Notes: generated by a model from the sequence alone, not told the origin. A stretch of DNA of 64,000 nt from the human T2T-CHM13v2.0 reference genome, Homo sapiens (GCF_009914755.1 NC_060926.1), one strand, 5' to 3'. Shown: positions 28,861-43,753, counted from the stretch's first letter. Numbers and translations: made by a program.

Positions 28861-29204
28861 CAGAGTCTGCCCTTCGTGTATGCAGGTTCTATGTCTATGG
28901 ATTCAACCAATCTTGGACTGAAAATATTCAGGAAAAGAAGGGATGGTTGTATCTGTACTGAACATGTATAGACTTTTTTCTTTGTCATTATTCCCTAAAC
29001 AATACAGTATAACAATGGTTTACATAGCATTTATATCCTATTAGGTATTATAAGTAATCTAGAGATTATTTAAAGTATATGAGAAGATGTGTGTAGGTTA
29101 CATGCAAATACTTTGCCATTTTATATAAGGAAATTGAGCACCTGTGGATTTTGGTATCCATGGGGATCCTAGAACCAGTCCCCCATGGATACAGAGGACG
29201 CATG
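28861..29204. mobile_element. MER2 (TcMar-Tigger) DNA transposon
   Basis: atggattcaaccaa...gtcattattccctaaacaatacagtataaca...ggattttggtatcc...cccccatggatacagagg; TA flanks. Confidence 0.9.
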
Positions 29205-30502
29205 TAGAGAAAAAACCAGAGCACAAAGGTGAAGTTGGATGAATGGTCTACAAACACCAACAGGACCTTGACTGATTGTGCCTCTTTGTTCTGATGTTCT
29301 ATGATAACAATCATGTATTTAGGAAATCGTTTCCATTTGAACAGTTCAAAGCAATGTGTAACGTTTACTATTTATCATATAAAATAGGGAGCAGAGATAA
29401 CTGTTTTATGGATGAAAAGATTGTAGCACAGAAATATTCCAATGCTCAAAGTCTAGTAATTAGCTAACTCCAAGAAGAAGAATAGAACACTGGTTAGGCA
29501 TCTGAGGAGGGTGTTGCATAGAGGATGATATACTTCTAAATGAAAAATGAAATGCGTGTTAACTTTAAAGTGTTAAATCCACATGATGTTAAATATGCAG
29601 ATATTTGGCTTTCTGAATTCACAGCCCAGATCTTTAATTTAAACAGTCATTGAAATGATTTAATATTTTGAAGAGGCCAATTACCTTCTTTCCACCTGAA
29701 ATTTAGCTTTTAATTGATTACTACACAGTATCTACTTAACATTCTGTTTATAAAAATTTCAGCAATATGGTCCTTATACCCTCAGTATATTCAGCACCAA
29801 ATCCACTTTGGAAAAGTAATTATAACTGTGCTTTCTGTAAAAAGTGTGAAGAAGGAGAGCTAATTTTTAAAATCCTCTTTTTGATTTGATCTGTTTGAGA
29901 GGTTCGAAATGCAAGTGCTTGGTAAAGCAAATGCAAAAACAGAAAAAGAAGTTGTTTAAGTTGAACCTCCAATCCTGTGACTGTTTTTATAGGCCTTGAT
30001 TAGCAGCAAATTCTAGGATTTTATTTAATAAAAACAAGTCCTCTTTGATTTGATTCCCCTCTGGGATAGACTTAAAAATAATAAATATGCAGTATGTGGT
30101 TTCTCTAATTTTATGAATCAAGGCCATTCCTAAATGTATTTTCCAAAATGTTGGTATTTTATTCAATATTGTTAGCCCCCGTCTCCCCATGGAACTTCCT
30201 TTGCAGTGACTGGCTTCATGAAGCCCTATTTGAGAAGCCTGCTGTACCCTAGAACCCATGGAGGTGCAGTGGGAGGTGACTGTACAAATAGACCCCTGGA
30301 GATTGTTGGTAGCTACTGACAAATATTGTCTTTGATTGCTTTTATTTCCCTTGACTCTACCTTCCTCTACCCAACTCTGTAACTGCTAGAACCCCAATAA
30401 TGCCACCCCACATAGTTTTTGCAACTTCAAAAATATGTTGTATATCATTGGGAAGGCCAGATGTAGAATATTAGCATGATATATTATTTTAATGTATAAA
30501 TT

Positions 30503-30795
30503 GGCCGGGCATGGTGGCTCACCCCTGTAATCCCAGCACTTTGGGACGCCATGACGGGTGGATCAAATGAGGTCAGGAATTCGAGACCAGTGTGACCAAC
30601 ATGGTGAAACCTCGTCTCTACTAAAAATACAAAAATTAGGCATGGTGGCAGGTGCCTGTAATCCTAGCTACTAGGGAGGCTGAGGCAGGAGAATTGCTTG
30701 AACCCTGGGAGGTGGAGGTTGCAGTGAGCTGAGATCATGCCACTGCACTCCAGCCTGGGCAACAGAGTGAGACTCCATCTCAAAAAAAAAAAAAA
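30503..30795 (+). mobile_element. AluS (Sx-like)
   Basis: Full dimeric Alu with poly(A) tail. Confidence 0.95.
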
Positions 30796-30944
30796 TCTGT
30801 AATTAATTTCAGCCCATGTGAAGATAATTTGTAGTCTATATATAATTTCACATTAATGCATAAGAAAATAATAAGATACTAAGATGGTTCATTAAAGCTC
30901 AGATGTAGACTATCCAGTAGATTAATTATATCAGTTAAGTTTGT

Positions 30945-31180
30945 GTATGTATAGTGCTTACTGTGTACCAGGTAAGCCATGGTACCTGCTCTAATACCAT
31001 GTTCTAAACACTATTCATGTATTCACTTCATCAATCCTCACACCCACAAAAAAGAAGGTATTATCTCCATTTTACAGATGAGAAAACTGAAACACAGAGA
31101 AGTTAGATAAGCAAATAAGTGGCAGGACTTGCTCCAGGGGCTCGGCCTATAGAGGGCACTCTCTCGATCACCATAAGACA
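30945..31180 (-). mobile_element. MIR
   Basis: ttatctccattttacagatgagaaaactgaaacacagagaagtta. Confidence 0.8.
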
Positions 31181-32919
31181 TCACCTCTATGGTTACTTGG
31201 TAATTTGTAGGCAAATATAACTAGGATTGCATAATGTTAAGTTAAGAAAAATATCCAAAGGAATGGATTTTCATAGGTGAATCAGGTTCATTTTGCATTG
31301 CGTTTTTACTGTACTAAATATCTCTCCTTGTATTAAAACTTAGACTTTTTAGGGTAGACAGTCCATAGACTTAACTTCAAATCAGTGGGGTATAATCCAT
31401 AGCCTTTTACAGATAGGCTATGAAGAGCAAAGCAAATGGCCTAAACTGAGGGTATCCCAGCAAGTGGCACTTATTCTCTGCTCAGCCTGCTAGCTCCGAG
31501 CACACGCCTGAACATTGACATATTTCATCAGTGGGAAAGTACGAAAGTCTTACTGGAGAGCTTTAGGGTGAGATATATTATTATTAGCCATTTGAATTTC
31601 TTATTCTCAGAATATCTTTTTTATGCCAAAGATTCGCTTCCTGATAAATGACCCGAACAAATGTCTGCATGGTTTTCATGAGAAATTTAGATTGACTCCC
31701 ATACCAGGACTCATTGAAGTAAGTCTGCCCCAAATCCATGCCCACATTTAGATCTTCGGGAAGGTAGCTTCAAGATTCTAATGTTTCAGTATAATTCAAG
31801 CATAGCTTGAATTAAAGCCAAATTCAGCTTTTGGCATGACTAAGAGGAAATAATGTATATGTCAAACACAAGATTGAAGCTAGCTGAATTTTTAAGCAAT
31901 GAACCATGAATTCATTAAGGTATTTATATCTGGCAGTGACTGTGTGTTGTAGCAATCTAATGATTTTATGTTCAGTTCTCAGCTGCCTTTCCTGTACTTG
32001 GTTATTGGCTGAAACCAAAGGATAGAGAATCCAGAGGGTAATTGTTGGGTTAGGGCCATAGGGTTGGGAGGAACTGGGATAATGTTACAAATGAAAAAAA
32101 GAAGAAATAAAATTAGCAAGTATGAAAACCTAAAACTAAGGTGTATCGTTTTCCATTTTTGCTTGAAAAATGTATTCAGAATTAAAGACCGTAAAGAAGT
32201 ATCTTCAGCCAGAAATCCTTGGCTTCCTCCCGTGTGCTGTACTGGTTGATTAAAAATTGCCTCCCTTTGGATTCTCGTATCACAGTAGGGTCACAGGACA
32301 GTCTATATTGGAAGAAAGAGTCTCAGGACAAAGCACTGCTCAGAAGACCAGGGAAATAGAGAAACACCAGGGAAACACACTGTGTTCAAGGGGTTTAAGT
32401 GCAGGCAATTAGTTAGGGACTAAATTATCCTTAGAAACTGAAGAAACAGGCAAACAGGATAACAGATGCAAAGCACTGTAGTCAAGGAAAGACCTTGACG
32501 AGATAGAGCCATGCATGGTTTTCTTAGGGCTACCAGAGAAACACTGTGTGATCATCCTGCACAAGGGGTTGGTGGGAGTGAGTGATGGAGAGTTAATGAG
32601 TAGCCAGAGAGGACACTGTACAGACTGGCTGCCCCTGACATGGGCAGAGACTGGCAAAATAGCGGGACTCTATGTTTAATACCACATATACACAATATAA
32701 TTATATTGTTGTTATTATAAATACATATATTATACTGTATATATTCTAATATTTAGAAAATGTAAAGAGTAGTGTATATATATTAATATTATTTATAATA
32801 TATATAATTGAGATATTTTATATATATATGTAGAACAATGAGAACAGTGTGCTAGTAATTTGACAACAAACACCTCCAGAAACAGAGCCATCCAGACCAG
32901 AACATCACAGATCAAGAGG

Positions 32920-33095
32920 CAATATGATGTGGTGAGAAAAGCACTGGAGTAGGAGTTGTGAGTCCAAATTGCAGTCTTCATTGTGTTACACATTTATGAT
33001 CTCCGGCAAGCTTCTCCTCCAGGGCCTTCAGCTTCCTTACCTGTGGAGTTAAATAGGTTGGCTAGGGTGAGCTCTCAGGGCCCTTCTGGTTCCAA
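32920..33095 (+). mobile_element. MIR3-like SINE
   Basis: gtggtgagaaaagcactggagtaggagt...gggccttcagcttccttacctgt...ctctcagggcccttctggttcc. Confidence 0.65.
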
Positions 33096-33609
33096 GGAGA
33101 AATGGGTCTCAGGGTCCTTGCATAGGCACAAGAAGTAAAGAGGCCCTTCCCCTGCCAGGAGCCCAATTTTCCTACCATGTGATACCCAGGTTGTGCTTAC
33201 GAGATACACAACAAAAATGACTACATTTTAACCAAATGCTTCCAAATTTTCTAAAAGTGAAATGATCAGGAGTGTACATAGAAAAATTTTACATTTTCTT
33301 CTTTGGTCTTTATTCTGTAGAATGTAGCTGCCACTGATATATATTATCAAAGCAAAACCTTGTTTTTCCACCTTCATCTGTTCCTTCTTTATGGAGAATC
33401 TCTGCTGCCTTCTCAAACATCTATGATGGCTAAGAAAGGGAGATGAGGGAGTGTGGAAGGAGTCAGAACTGCCATCTGACTGTGGTTCTACCTATATTAC
33501 TAGAATTGGCCGAGTGTGATCATTGCCACCTTGGAGTCACTTACAGTCAACTTGAATGATTATGAAACAAGGGGTAAAAATGACACAGAATGTCAGATTA
33601 AAACAATGA

Positions 33610-34384
<775 letters not shown>

Positions 34385-34921
34385 AGTGTCCAAATTAATT
34401 CTCACCAATTTAAGTACAGTAATCCTTTCATGTCACTCTAGATCACCTCCAGCGCCTAGTTACACCTTCAATAAATGTTCCTTATAAAATATTTTATTTC
34501 TAGTTTGATGCCTTTAGGAAGGAAATGTAAAACATTGACATTTAACAGATTATATTTTAATTGCACTGTGCCATTAGGAGACATGTGTTTCCTTTGAGTT
34601 TTGGAAAAGTTGTTGGAAAAACTACATAAATGAGGTTGATGTTCCTGTCACTTGTGTTGGTGGAGTATCACCTGGCTGATGTGTTATTGTTGAAAACATC
34701 TGGATAGAGTCATTTATTTTCTTTCGTGAAAAGTGTGTGGATTAAAAACAGACCTCTTCAATTTAGTAGCACAGCATAAAGGGTCTCACACTTGGGCTTT
34801 GTCCCACCAGCAGGGAGCCCAGTGCTGAGTGAGGAGAATGCAATTGAATGAGGGACCATTTCCATGACCTGGGTGGATTCCCAAATGGAGAAGACTAAGC
34901 AATCTTGGCAGCAGCTGTTAA

Positions 34922-35334
<413 letters not shown>

Positions 35335-36021
35335 TCAAATTTCATTTCTAAGAATAGTATTGATGCCAGGACTTGAGGGCAAAGACTGGGTCTAATTCAT
35401 CTACTTGTCTCCTGTCTGTTCGGGGTCATGAGAGTAACTTGCATACAACTAGTGCCCGTGTGTCTGTTGAGCTGAACCTAACCTAAAAGGGGCAAATTTC
35501 TCATTGCAGTAGGTACTTCTTGATAGATGAGAGTGTGTATGTGTGTGTGTGTAAATGTATAAATGAGTATTCTAGTTATAATATTTATTTTCTTCTTAGT
35601 GAAACAAGCATTCCCATTATTATTTTGCATCGGGGGAAAAAAAAGCAGTAAAAAGTCTTCCAGCGCTCAGTCACGTGGCAAAGTGAAAGCAGAATTCAGG
35701 AGTGGTTGCACTGAGACCCTTATTACAAGAGCTCACCAGCAACCCCCTCCCTTCCAGAGAGGCTAAATGATGATGCATTTCTACTAACTACATTCAAGTG
35801 TCTGCAGAATTAGGGCTACATCACTGCCCTAGAATATAAATGAATGTTCTTTCGCCAGAGGACACTAGAAACAGATGTTGTTCCTCCTCCTTATTTAACT
35901 ATAAAACACTTTTGTTGTTGTTATTGTTTTTTAAAAAGATCTGTAGGTGTCTTTCAAAGGAACCTTCATCCCCTTCGAGGCAAGGGGATTAGTATTTACT
36001 ATGCAGTACTATCTGCCATGA

Positions 36022-36368
<347 letters not shown>

Positions 36369-36558
36369 TCATTTAATTATCAAAGTAACCCAGTGAAGGA
36401 GAAACTAGCAAGCTTAATTTAAACATGAGGCAACAGAGGCTCAGAAGGGTTACCAAGCTTCCCCAAGGCCACTGCGTGAGTGGCCAGATTCCAACCTGGA
36501 TCAACAATTCTGCACAGACCTTGCTCCTTCTACCTCATTCACTGCTTCCCAAATGCTC

Positions 36559-36907
36559 TGTCTTAGTCTGTGCAGGCTACTCTAATAAAATACCACAAAT
36601 TAGGTGGCTTATAAACTACAGAAATTGATTTCTCACAGTTTGGAGGCTGGGAAGTCCAAGAGTGAGGCAGATTTGGAGTCTGGTGAGGAGCTACTGCCCG
36701 GTTCATAGATGGTCATCTTCTCACTGTGTGGAAGGGGCAAATGAGCTTCCTGGGGTCTCTTTATAAAAGAGCACAAATCTAATTCATGAGGGCTCCACCT
36801 TTAAGACCTTAATCGCTTCTCATAGGTCCCACCTCCAAATACCATCACATTGGGATTAGGTCCCAACGTAAGAATCTTGGAGGCATACGGACATTCAGTC
36901 TATAGCA
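36559..36907 (-). mobile_element. MLT1A/MLT1A0 solo LTR
   Basis: tgtcttagtctg...ggaggctgggaagtccaag...ccacctccaaataccatcacattggg...acattcagtctatagca. Confidence 0.9.
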
Positions 36908-37237
36908 GCCCTAGGGCTGACGGTTAGAATCTAAGCATAATCTCTATAAATTTCATTGCTTTTCTGTTTGTTTGTTAACATGTCACTAAAAATTGGCTGG
37001 AGAGATTTTCATCAAATTTGAAGAGAAGGTATGGAATGGTCTGACTTTTAAAGATGGACTATGCGGCACATGGGAACCGCACTTTGGAGGACGCCGAGGA
37101 GCAGCAGGGGAATAATACCTTAAGGCAAGTGGGAGAAACAAGTCCTTTTGAGGACAAGAAGAGTGACATCCGACATGAAAGTCATTCAGCAGTGACTAGG
37201 GAAGGGGTGCTTGATCAAGGCCCACTGAGATGGATGC

Positions 37238-37629
37238 TGTATTAGTTTGCTAGGGCTGCCATAACAAAACACCGTGGATCGGGTGACTTAAACAACAGGC
37301 ATTTATTTTTTTCCCAATTCCAGAGGCTGAAAGTTCAAGATCAAGCTGTGCGGGGTTGGTTTCTTCTGAGGCCTTTCTCCTTAGCCTTGGGCTCTCCTCT
37401 TGCTGTATCCTTACGTGGTCTTTCCTCTGTGCATGTACATGTCTCTGTCCTAATCTCCTTTCTTATAAGAACACCATCATTTTAGAGAAGGGCCATAGTA
37501 CCTCATTTTACCTGAACTACCCCTTTAAAGGCTCTATCTTCAAATGCAGTCACATTCTGAGATACTAGATGTTAAGACTTCAGTACATGGATTTTGGGGA
37601 AGACACAATTTATAGTTTAGCTCACAACA
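37238..37629 (-). mobile_element. MLT1B-like solo LTR
   Basis: tgtattagtttgctagggctgccataacaaa...cagtcacattctgagatact; exact 5-bp TSD GATGC. Confidence 0.92.
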
Positions 37630-38338
37630 GATGCCCAAAGGATATTTGAGTACAAAAAAAGAAAAGGAGGCACTCAAGCCTTCCCGAAGAGTATCTAAAA
37701 TGAAGTTTATGGTATACCCATGGGATGACATGTTAGGAGCCCATTATAGGAAACATTTGGCTGCCAATTGGGAGGGACACACCATATATTTAAGATGTCA
37801 TAAACAAAGAACACAAACAATGGTTCCAATTATGAGATCTGAATGAAATTATGTTAAGGAATGTCATAGCAGTTCACTGTCTGAAATTTGATACAGTTAT
37901 CGAGCTAAAATGGGAAGGCGGAGCTAAGGTATATGCTATTCAAGGGAAAAGTCCTATGGGAGCCATGTTTTGAGCCTCAGTGCTCCACAATCTTCATTGT
38001 GATGATATCTGGGGCTCAGGTGTTATTTAAAATACACCTTTAGGGTTTACATCAGGGATTTCAATGTAGCGTGATAAAGGGAATCCATATAGATCCCCTG
38101 GATACCAATGATTTCCTTCAATACCTTTTTACTTTCAAATCCCTAAAGTATCCCATGAGTGTCTGTTTCACCAGGAGTAAATTACAAAGCCGACATCCCA
38201 AATTGCAGGTGTTGATTTCTGATTGATGTGTCTCTTGCATAGAGAATAACATAGAAAGATCCAGAGTAACAAGGAGTGGAAGTTTGTTCATATGTGCCTC
38301 CATGTAATTAAAAACACAAAAGAGATATTTAGAGAAAC

Positions 38339-38718
38339 TGATATGGTTTGGCTGTGTCCCCACCCAAATCTCATCTTGAATTGTAGTTCCCATAATACCC
38401 ACCTGTTGTGGGAGGGACCAGGTGGAGATAATTGAATCATGGGGGTGGTTTCCCCCATCCTGTTCTTGTGATAGTGAGTTAGTTCTCACGAGACCTGAGA
38501 CCTGATGGTTTTGTAAGGGGCTTCCCTCTTTGCTGGAGACTCATTCTTCTCTTGCCTGCTGCCATATAAGACATACCTTTGCTCCTCCTTTGCCTTCCTC
38601 AATGTTTGTGAGGCCTCCCCAGCCATGTGGAAGTGTTAGTCCATTAAACCTCTTTTTCTTTATAACTTGCCCAATCTCAGTTATGTCTTTATTAGCAGCA
38701 TGAGAATGAAATAATACA
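38339..38718 (+). mobile_element. THE1D-like solo LTR
   Basis: tgatatggtttggctgtgtccccacccaaatctcatcttgaattgtagttccc...taataca; exact 5-bp TSD GAAAC. Confidence 0.95.
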
Positions 38719-38758
38719 GAAACTTTATTACAAATTTGAAAAAAAATTGGTTTTGTAT

Positions 38759-39220
38759 CAGTGCTATCCAATAAAAATATAATGTATATAACTTCAAATT
38801 TTTAATAGTCACATTGGAAAATACTAAAAGAAAAAGATGAACTAAGCATATTTTATATAATGCAATATATCTAAAATATTATCATTTCAATGTGTATAAT
38901 CATATAAAAGTTTATAATGAGGTATTTTATGTTCTTTGTTTTCTGTGCTATATCTCCAAACCCCTGTGTATATTTTATGTTCACAGTACATTTCAACTGT
39001 CATTAGATATATTTGACCCTTATTTAGATTTCATAAAATGAATAGATGGAAAAGTAGATTCACATATACACATTGTTCCAAACTTAAAAGTGTTTAATAA
39101 CTGAATCAAGGATTCATTTAAAAAATTTTAAATTAAATTAAATTTTGATTTTAAAATGTAGTTACTCAGACTAGACATATTTTAAGTAAACATTTGTGGC
39201 TACAGAGTTTGACAGTGCAG
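38759..39220. mobile_element. Charlie1/MER33-type hAT DNA transposon remnant
   Basis: cagtgctatccaata...aatatatctaaaatattatcatttcaa...tgtggcta...gacagtgcag. Confidence 0.75.
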
Positions 39221-39379
39221 TTTCAAATATTATTGAATGAACACAGAGAAATAAATACATCTATAGAAAATGATTAAGTTCCACAGTGTTTTCTTTAGTT
39301 CCTATTACATGTTAAGGAGGCAATTACTTTTCCTGACCCAAACAGATTGTAGATAAAAAGGCAGGTTGACATAGTATAA

Positions 39380-39545
39380 TTCACACAGTACTGGTATGAA
39401 AGGGGGCCTGATGACAGTCCTGTCATTTTCCCCGCCCATCAGGGTGATCTTGAACAAGTCACCTCACCTCTCATGCCCTCAGCTTCTTCATCTGTCAAAA
39501 GAGGGTTGGTCTAAAATCTCTTCCAGTTCTCACTTTTTATAATCT
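39380..39545 (+). mobile_element. MIR3-like SINE
   Basis: gtgatcttgaacaagtcacctcacctctcatgccctcagcttcttcatctgtcaaaa...cttccagttct. Confidence 0.7.
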
Positions 39546-39881
39546 AAATCCACAGCGGAATTGAAGTCAATTTGTGTGAAAGCAGATTATGTTATGAAAA
39601 AAAATCTTGTTTACACTATAGAAAAATCTGTTTTTCTCTTATTCGTTACACTCCCCACACATAGGATAATTTCAGTGTACTAAACTAAAATTTGTGAAAG
39701 TATCAAAAGTTAGGCACCTGAAGACCAAATTATCTGGAAATTTTCATGTGCCAAATCAGTAAGAAATCAATCATGTGAGAGATGTCTCCTTCCAGGGAAT
39801 CAAACTGAGCCCTTGCCCCAGTGCCCTCCTGTGTCCCTTTTTTAATTGGTAAATATTCATGATGTGTGAAAAATCATGATT

Positions 39882-40077
39882 CATACCGTACGATCTCAGT
39901 CCCATAAAATTGGATGTTGTGCCTACACACAGGATCTAGAAGAATATGTCAAACTATAAACTGGTTGTGATTGTGAATGACTTTGTTCTTTGCTTCTTGT
40001 GTTTTTCGGTTTCCTATAATGCACATATTAACTTTTAAAAAATAAAGGTTATTTTAAAAGCCAAAAAAAAAAAAAAA
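39882..40077 (+). pseudogene. Short 5'-truncated processed retrocopy of an mRNA 3' UTR (parent not identified)
   Basis: Non-Alu, non-L1 sequence with AATAAA at 40041-40046, 16 nt later A15 (40063-40077), and a degenerate TSD aaaaatcatgatt / gaaacccatggtt. Confidence 0.7.
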
Positions 40078-40524
40078 GAACCAACAAGAAACCCATGGTT
40101 AGGCATGTCCTGAGTCAGGTGAGGCTTTGCAAGTTTTGAGATTCATCACTCATGAGTTGACTAATGGTGCTTTTTAATCTCATGCTTTATTTAGCTGATA
40201 GCAGCTTTTATACTGAGGTACTGGTTAACACAATAAGTGACAATTTATTATTTGCTTTTAAGTCCTTGAGTATTATTTAGTTTGTTGACAATTTTAAAAG
40301 CCTATATTTTTCAGACTAAAATCACAATATTGTATGTATTTGTTTAAAATTTTTGAGAAATGGAGGATCATACAATAAACAAAATCTGTCATAATATTTT
40401 TACATAAACATTTTTACCATATTCATGTATTTCCCCATGGCCTTCTTTTACAGGTTTGTTTAATTTTTATATTGATTTTTTACAAAACTGGGATCATATA
40501 TATATATATAGATCATATATATAT

Positions 40525-40866
40525 ATGATGGCTTCCTGGATGTGTCAACTTGGCTAGGCTACAGGCTTCACTTATGCAAAGAGTACCAGGTATTTCTGGG
40601 AAGGGATTTTGCAAATGTAAATGAAAGTCTCTAATTAATTTTAAGTATGGGAGATTACCCTGGATTATCTGGGTGGCCTGACTTATCAGTTAGAAAGCTT
40701 TAAAAGTAGGGCTGAGGCTTCCAAAAAAAACTGAGAGGGCTTTGTAACTGTCCTTTCTTGAGAGCTTGTCCTGTGGATTTCAGACTTACAATTATGTAAC
40801 CCATTTCCCTATAATAAATTTCTTAGTATATATATATCTGCTTCTCTGGTTGAAACTTGAGATACA
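40525..40866 (+). mobile_element. MLT2-family ERVL LTR
   Basis: tgtgtcaacttggctaggcta...ggagattaccctggattatctgggtggcctga...aataaatttct...gcttctctggttgaaacttga. Confidence 0.8.
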
Positions 40867-41259
40867 ATATACAATTTTATAATTCATTCACTGAACATGT
40901 TTTCAGTATTTTCTCACATCCCCAATTTTCTGAGACTTTTCATATCTGCATAAGCGTGCATAACATTTTAAGAAGAAAACTATGTTCTTATTATTTTACA
41001 TTTAAGTGATTTGCAACTTTTATTGCAGATAACATTGAACTGCAGATACTTGTATGCAGATCTTTGTGTCCACAAGAGATTCTTAGATGAAAGAACCTGA
41101 GACCCCTAAGCCAAATTCATCTTCAGAAAGGGTGCATCAATTTACATTAGCATTTATATACAGTCTATCACTGAGTACTCTCAATAATATTAAATTTATT
41201 ATAATTTTTTAAACTTGTATCTCTTTCAAGCAAAAAGGTTACTGTTTTAATTTCCACTA

Positions 41260-41375
41260 TGTGTATGTGCATATGTATGTATATATATGTATTATATATA
41301 TGAAATATATATGTATTATATATATGAAATATATATATATACACACACACAGACATGTATACATATGTATATGTA
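41260..41375. repeat. TA/CA-rich low-complexity tandem repeat
   Basis: (TATG)/(TA)/(CA) runs with a duplicated atatatatgtattatatatatgaa block. Confidence 0.85.
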
Positions 41376-41424
41376 ATCACTAACTGTTCTTTCTAAAATT
41401 GGGGGTGGGAATTTTCACAATGGT

Positions 41425-41462
41425 TGTATCAGTCAGGGTTTCACATAGAAATGGAAATCATA

Positions 41463-41496
<34 letters not shown>

Positions 41497-42022
41497 TGTG
41501 TGTGTGGACAGAGAGAGATTTGTTGCAAATAATTGACTTACACAGTTGTGGAGACTGGTCAGGCAAACTGGAAATCCATAGGGCAGATTGTCAGGAAGGG
41601 CAGAAGGAACTCTGTGGCATGAGTTGAGGCTGAAGTAAACAGGTAGAATTTCTTTTTGCTCGGGGAAGCCTCAGCTCTGCTCTTAAGTCTTTTCAATTAC
41701 CTGTTGGGTACAACATTCACTGTTCAAGTGATGAGTACACTAGAAGCCCAAATATCACCATTATGCAATATACCTATGTAACAAATATGCACACGTATAC
41801 CCTGAATCTATAAAAATGTAAAAAATTAAAACTTTTCAACTGATTGAATCAGGTTCAGATTGATATAGAGGGTAATCTCTTAAAACCAACTGATTATGCA
41901 TGTTAACCACATCTACAAAATACCTTTACCACAACACCCAGGTTAGTGTTGGATCGAATAATCAAATTGGTTGAATTAATTGAACTTGGCCCAGCCAAAT
42001 GAATACATGAAACTAACCATCA
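41425..42022 (-). mobile_element. MLT2-family ERVL LTR containing (TG)n (41466-41505) and a small L1 insert
   Basis: tgtatcagtcagggtt...ttaaccacatctacaaaatacctt...ccagccaaatgaatacatgaaactaaccatca. Confidence 0.82.
41697..41830 (+). mobile_element. L1PB/L1MA 3'-terminal fragment
   Basis: ttacctgttgggtacaacattcactgttcaagtgatgagtacactagaagccca...cctgaatctataaaaa; TSD cttttcaa. Confidence 0.85.
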
Positions 42023-42479
42023 GAATGGATAATGTAAAAGAAATGTTCTACTGTCCATGCAACATGCTACATTCTTCATGGTTGTTTTCAAATTGATTTC
42101 CAGTTATCATAAATCTTTATTCTTCCAAATCTCATGACCCAAAATAAATGACCTCAGTAGATTAAGTATGAATATGTTGTTGATGTAGAACACCAGGCTT
42201 GCAGCAAAATTTTACTTGCAGCCTTCACTCCACCAAATGGAAGGAACATCTACTTTGTAAAAGACACTATTCTGAGTAAGCTCTGTGGAGGATAGCAAGA
42301 TGAATCTGCCATAAAAAAGATGCATGAGTGGCTGTAACACAGGAAAGATAGTGAAAACACCCTTGATGAGACACATGAAGTGCACTGGATGTTCCAAAGG
42401 ACTGTAGGTATTTTTGACTGCAGGATGAAGTCAGGTTTCAAGAAAAAGGGGACATTTGGAAAATGAGGGCATTAGAGAT

Positions 42480-43020
42480 ATTTGAAGTTGGGCATTTCAT
42501 ATGGAGGACATATTAGTGAAAACACAAAGCTAGGGACTTGTAAGAACTGGTAGGAATGCAAGGTGTTGGCATAGAAATAGTGAGAAAAAGAAAAGGTATA
42601 ACTAGGCCAGATATCAATGTTTTAGATAGTGCTTAGCTAAAAGATGTGGGCTTTCTTCTACAATCCAGGGGAATTATTGAAATAATTTTGGGCAAGGGAG
42701 AGCATCGATCAAAGTCACATGTCAGGACAATGACTTTGGCAGCAGTGTTCCTGGGCCATGGATTGAGGCAGAGTTAGGCTGGAGGCAAGGGGATATGTCA
42801 GAGGCTTTTGCAATATTTCAAGAAGGAGGCAATGAAATCCTGAGGCTTGGTAGTGGTAATAGAGAGAGAAGCACATTTGAGAGATAATTTGGAGAAAGAG
42901 TAGGCAACCTTTGGCCAGTAAAGAAATCTGAGAGACAAAGGAGAAGCAGAAGTGCACTACACTGCCAAGGTTCAAAGCTTGGTGACTGAGGAGATGATAT
43001 GGCATTATTAGCCACAACTG
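42480..43020 (-). mobile_element. L2 fragment
   Basis: gggaattattgaaataatttt...tgactttggcagcagtgt...ggctggaggcaagggg...aggcttttgcaata. Confidence 0.6.
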
Positions 43021-43267
43021 AGTATTTAGCTTCCTCCCTTGGAATGTGACCTTAGACCCCTGAATAGGTCTTGGAATGTAACGGCAGGTCCATGGTCAGC
43101 TCTAGAATTTCTGAGATCTTCAAGGCATATTCCAAAGTGCGAGAATTCTGACAGAGTATGGAGGGAATCCTGTCTCTTGGCTTTCCCTAGAAGTGAAGCT
43201 CTGTTGAAGTCCAGGCTCTTCACTGGACAAGATCTCCCATGGGATTTAGGAAGATTATTATCTCTAG

Positions 43268-43376
43268 AATGGTGGTTCTTCATTTGATATGCAGATCCCA
43301 CTCTTGGAGATTCTGATTCACTAGGTCTGCGGTAGAGGCTGTGCATTGAATGCACCATCAACGTGGAAAAATACTG
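43268..43376. mobile_element. MER5-type fragment
   Basis: gtggttctt...ggagattctgattcactaggtctg. Confidence 0.6.
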
Positions 43377-43616
43377 CCCTAGAATCATCCTAGTCCTGAA
43401 GTGTAAACCTTATTCCAAAATAGAAGGCCAGAATAGGTTTCCTGGGTCTAGCCCATAGAAGGACCCTACCTTTCCATAGCTTTGAAAAATTGTCCAAATC
43501 TCTATGGAATTACAGTAGAGTGGACTGAGGTCAGGGAGTATTTAGTTTGGGGTTTTTATGACACTTAACTGTCTGGAAAAAAGGATAATGTAGACTTGTA
43601 GTTGGAGTTCATACTC

Positions 43617-43753
43617 TTTTTTTTTTTTTTTTTTTTTTTTTGAGATGGGAGTTTCTGTTGCCCAGGCTGGTCTCGAACTCCTGGGCTCAAGTGGTCCTCC
43701 TGCCTCAGCCACCCAAGTAGCTGGAACATAAGCATGCATCACCACACCCAGCT
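43617..43753 (-). mobile_element. FLAM (free left Alu monomer)
   Basis: Monomer-length Alu with long T tail; TSD gagttcata(c/t)tct. Confidence 0.9.
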
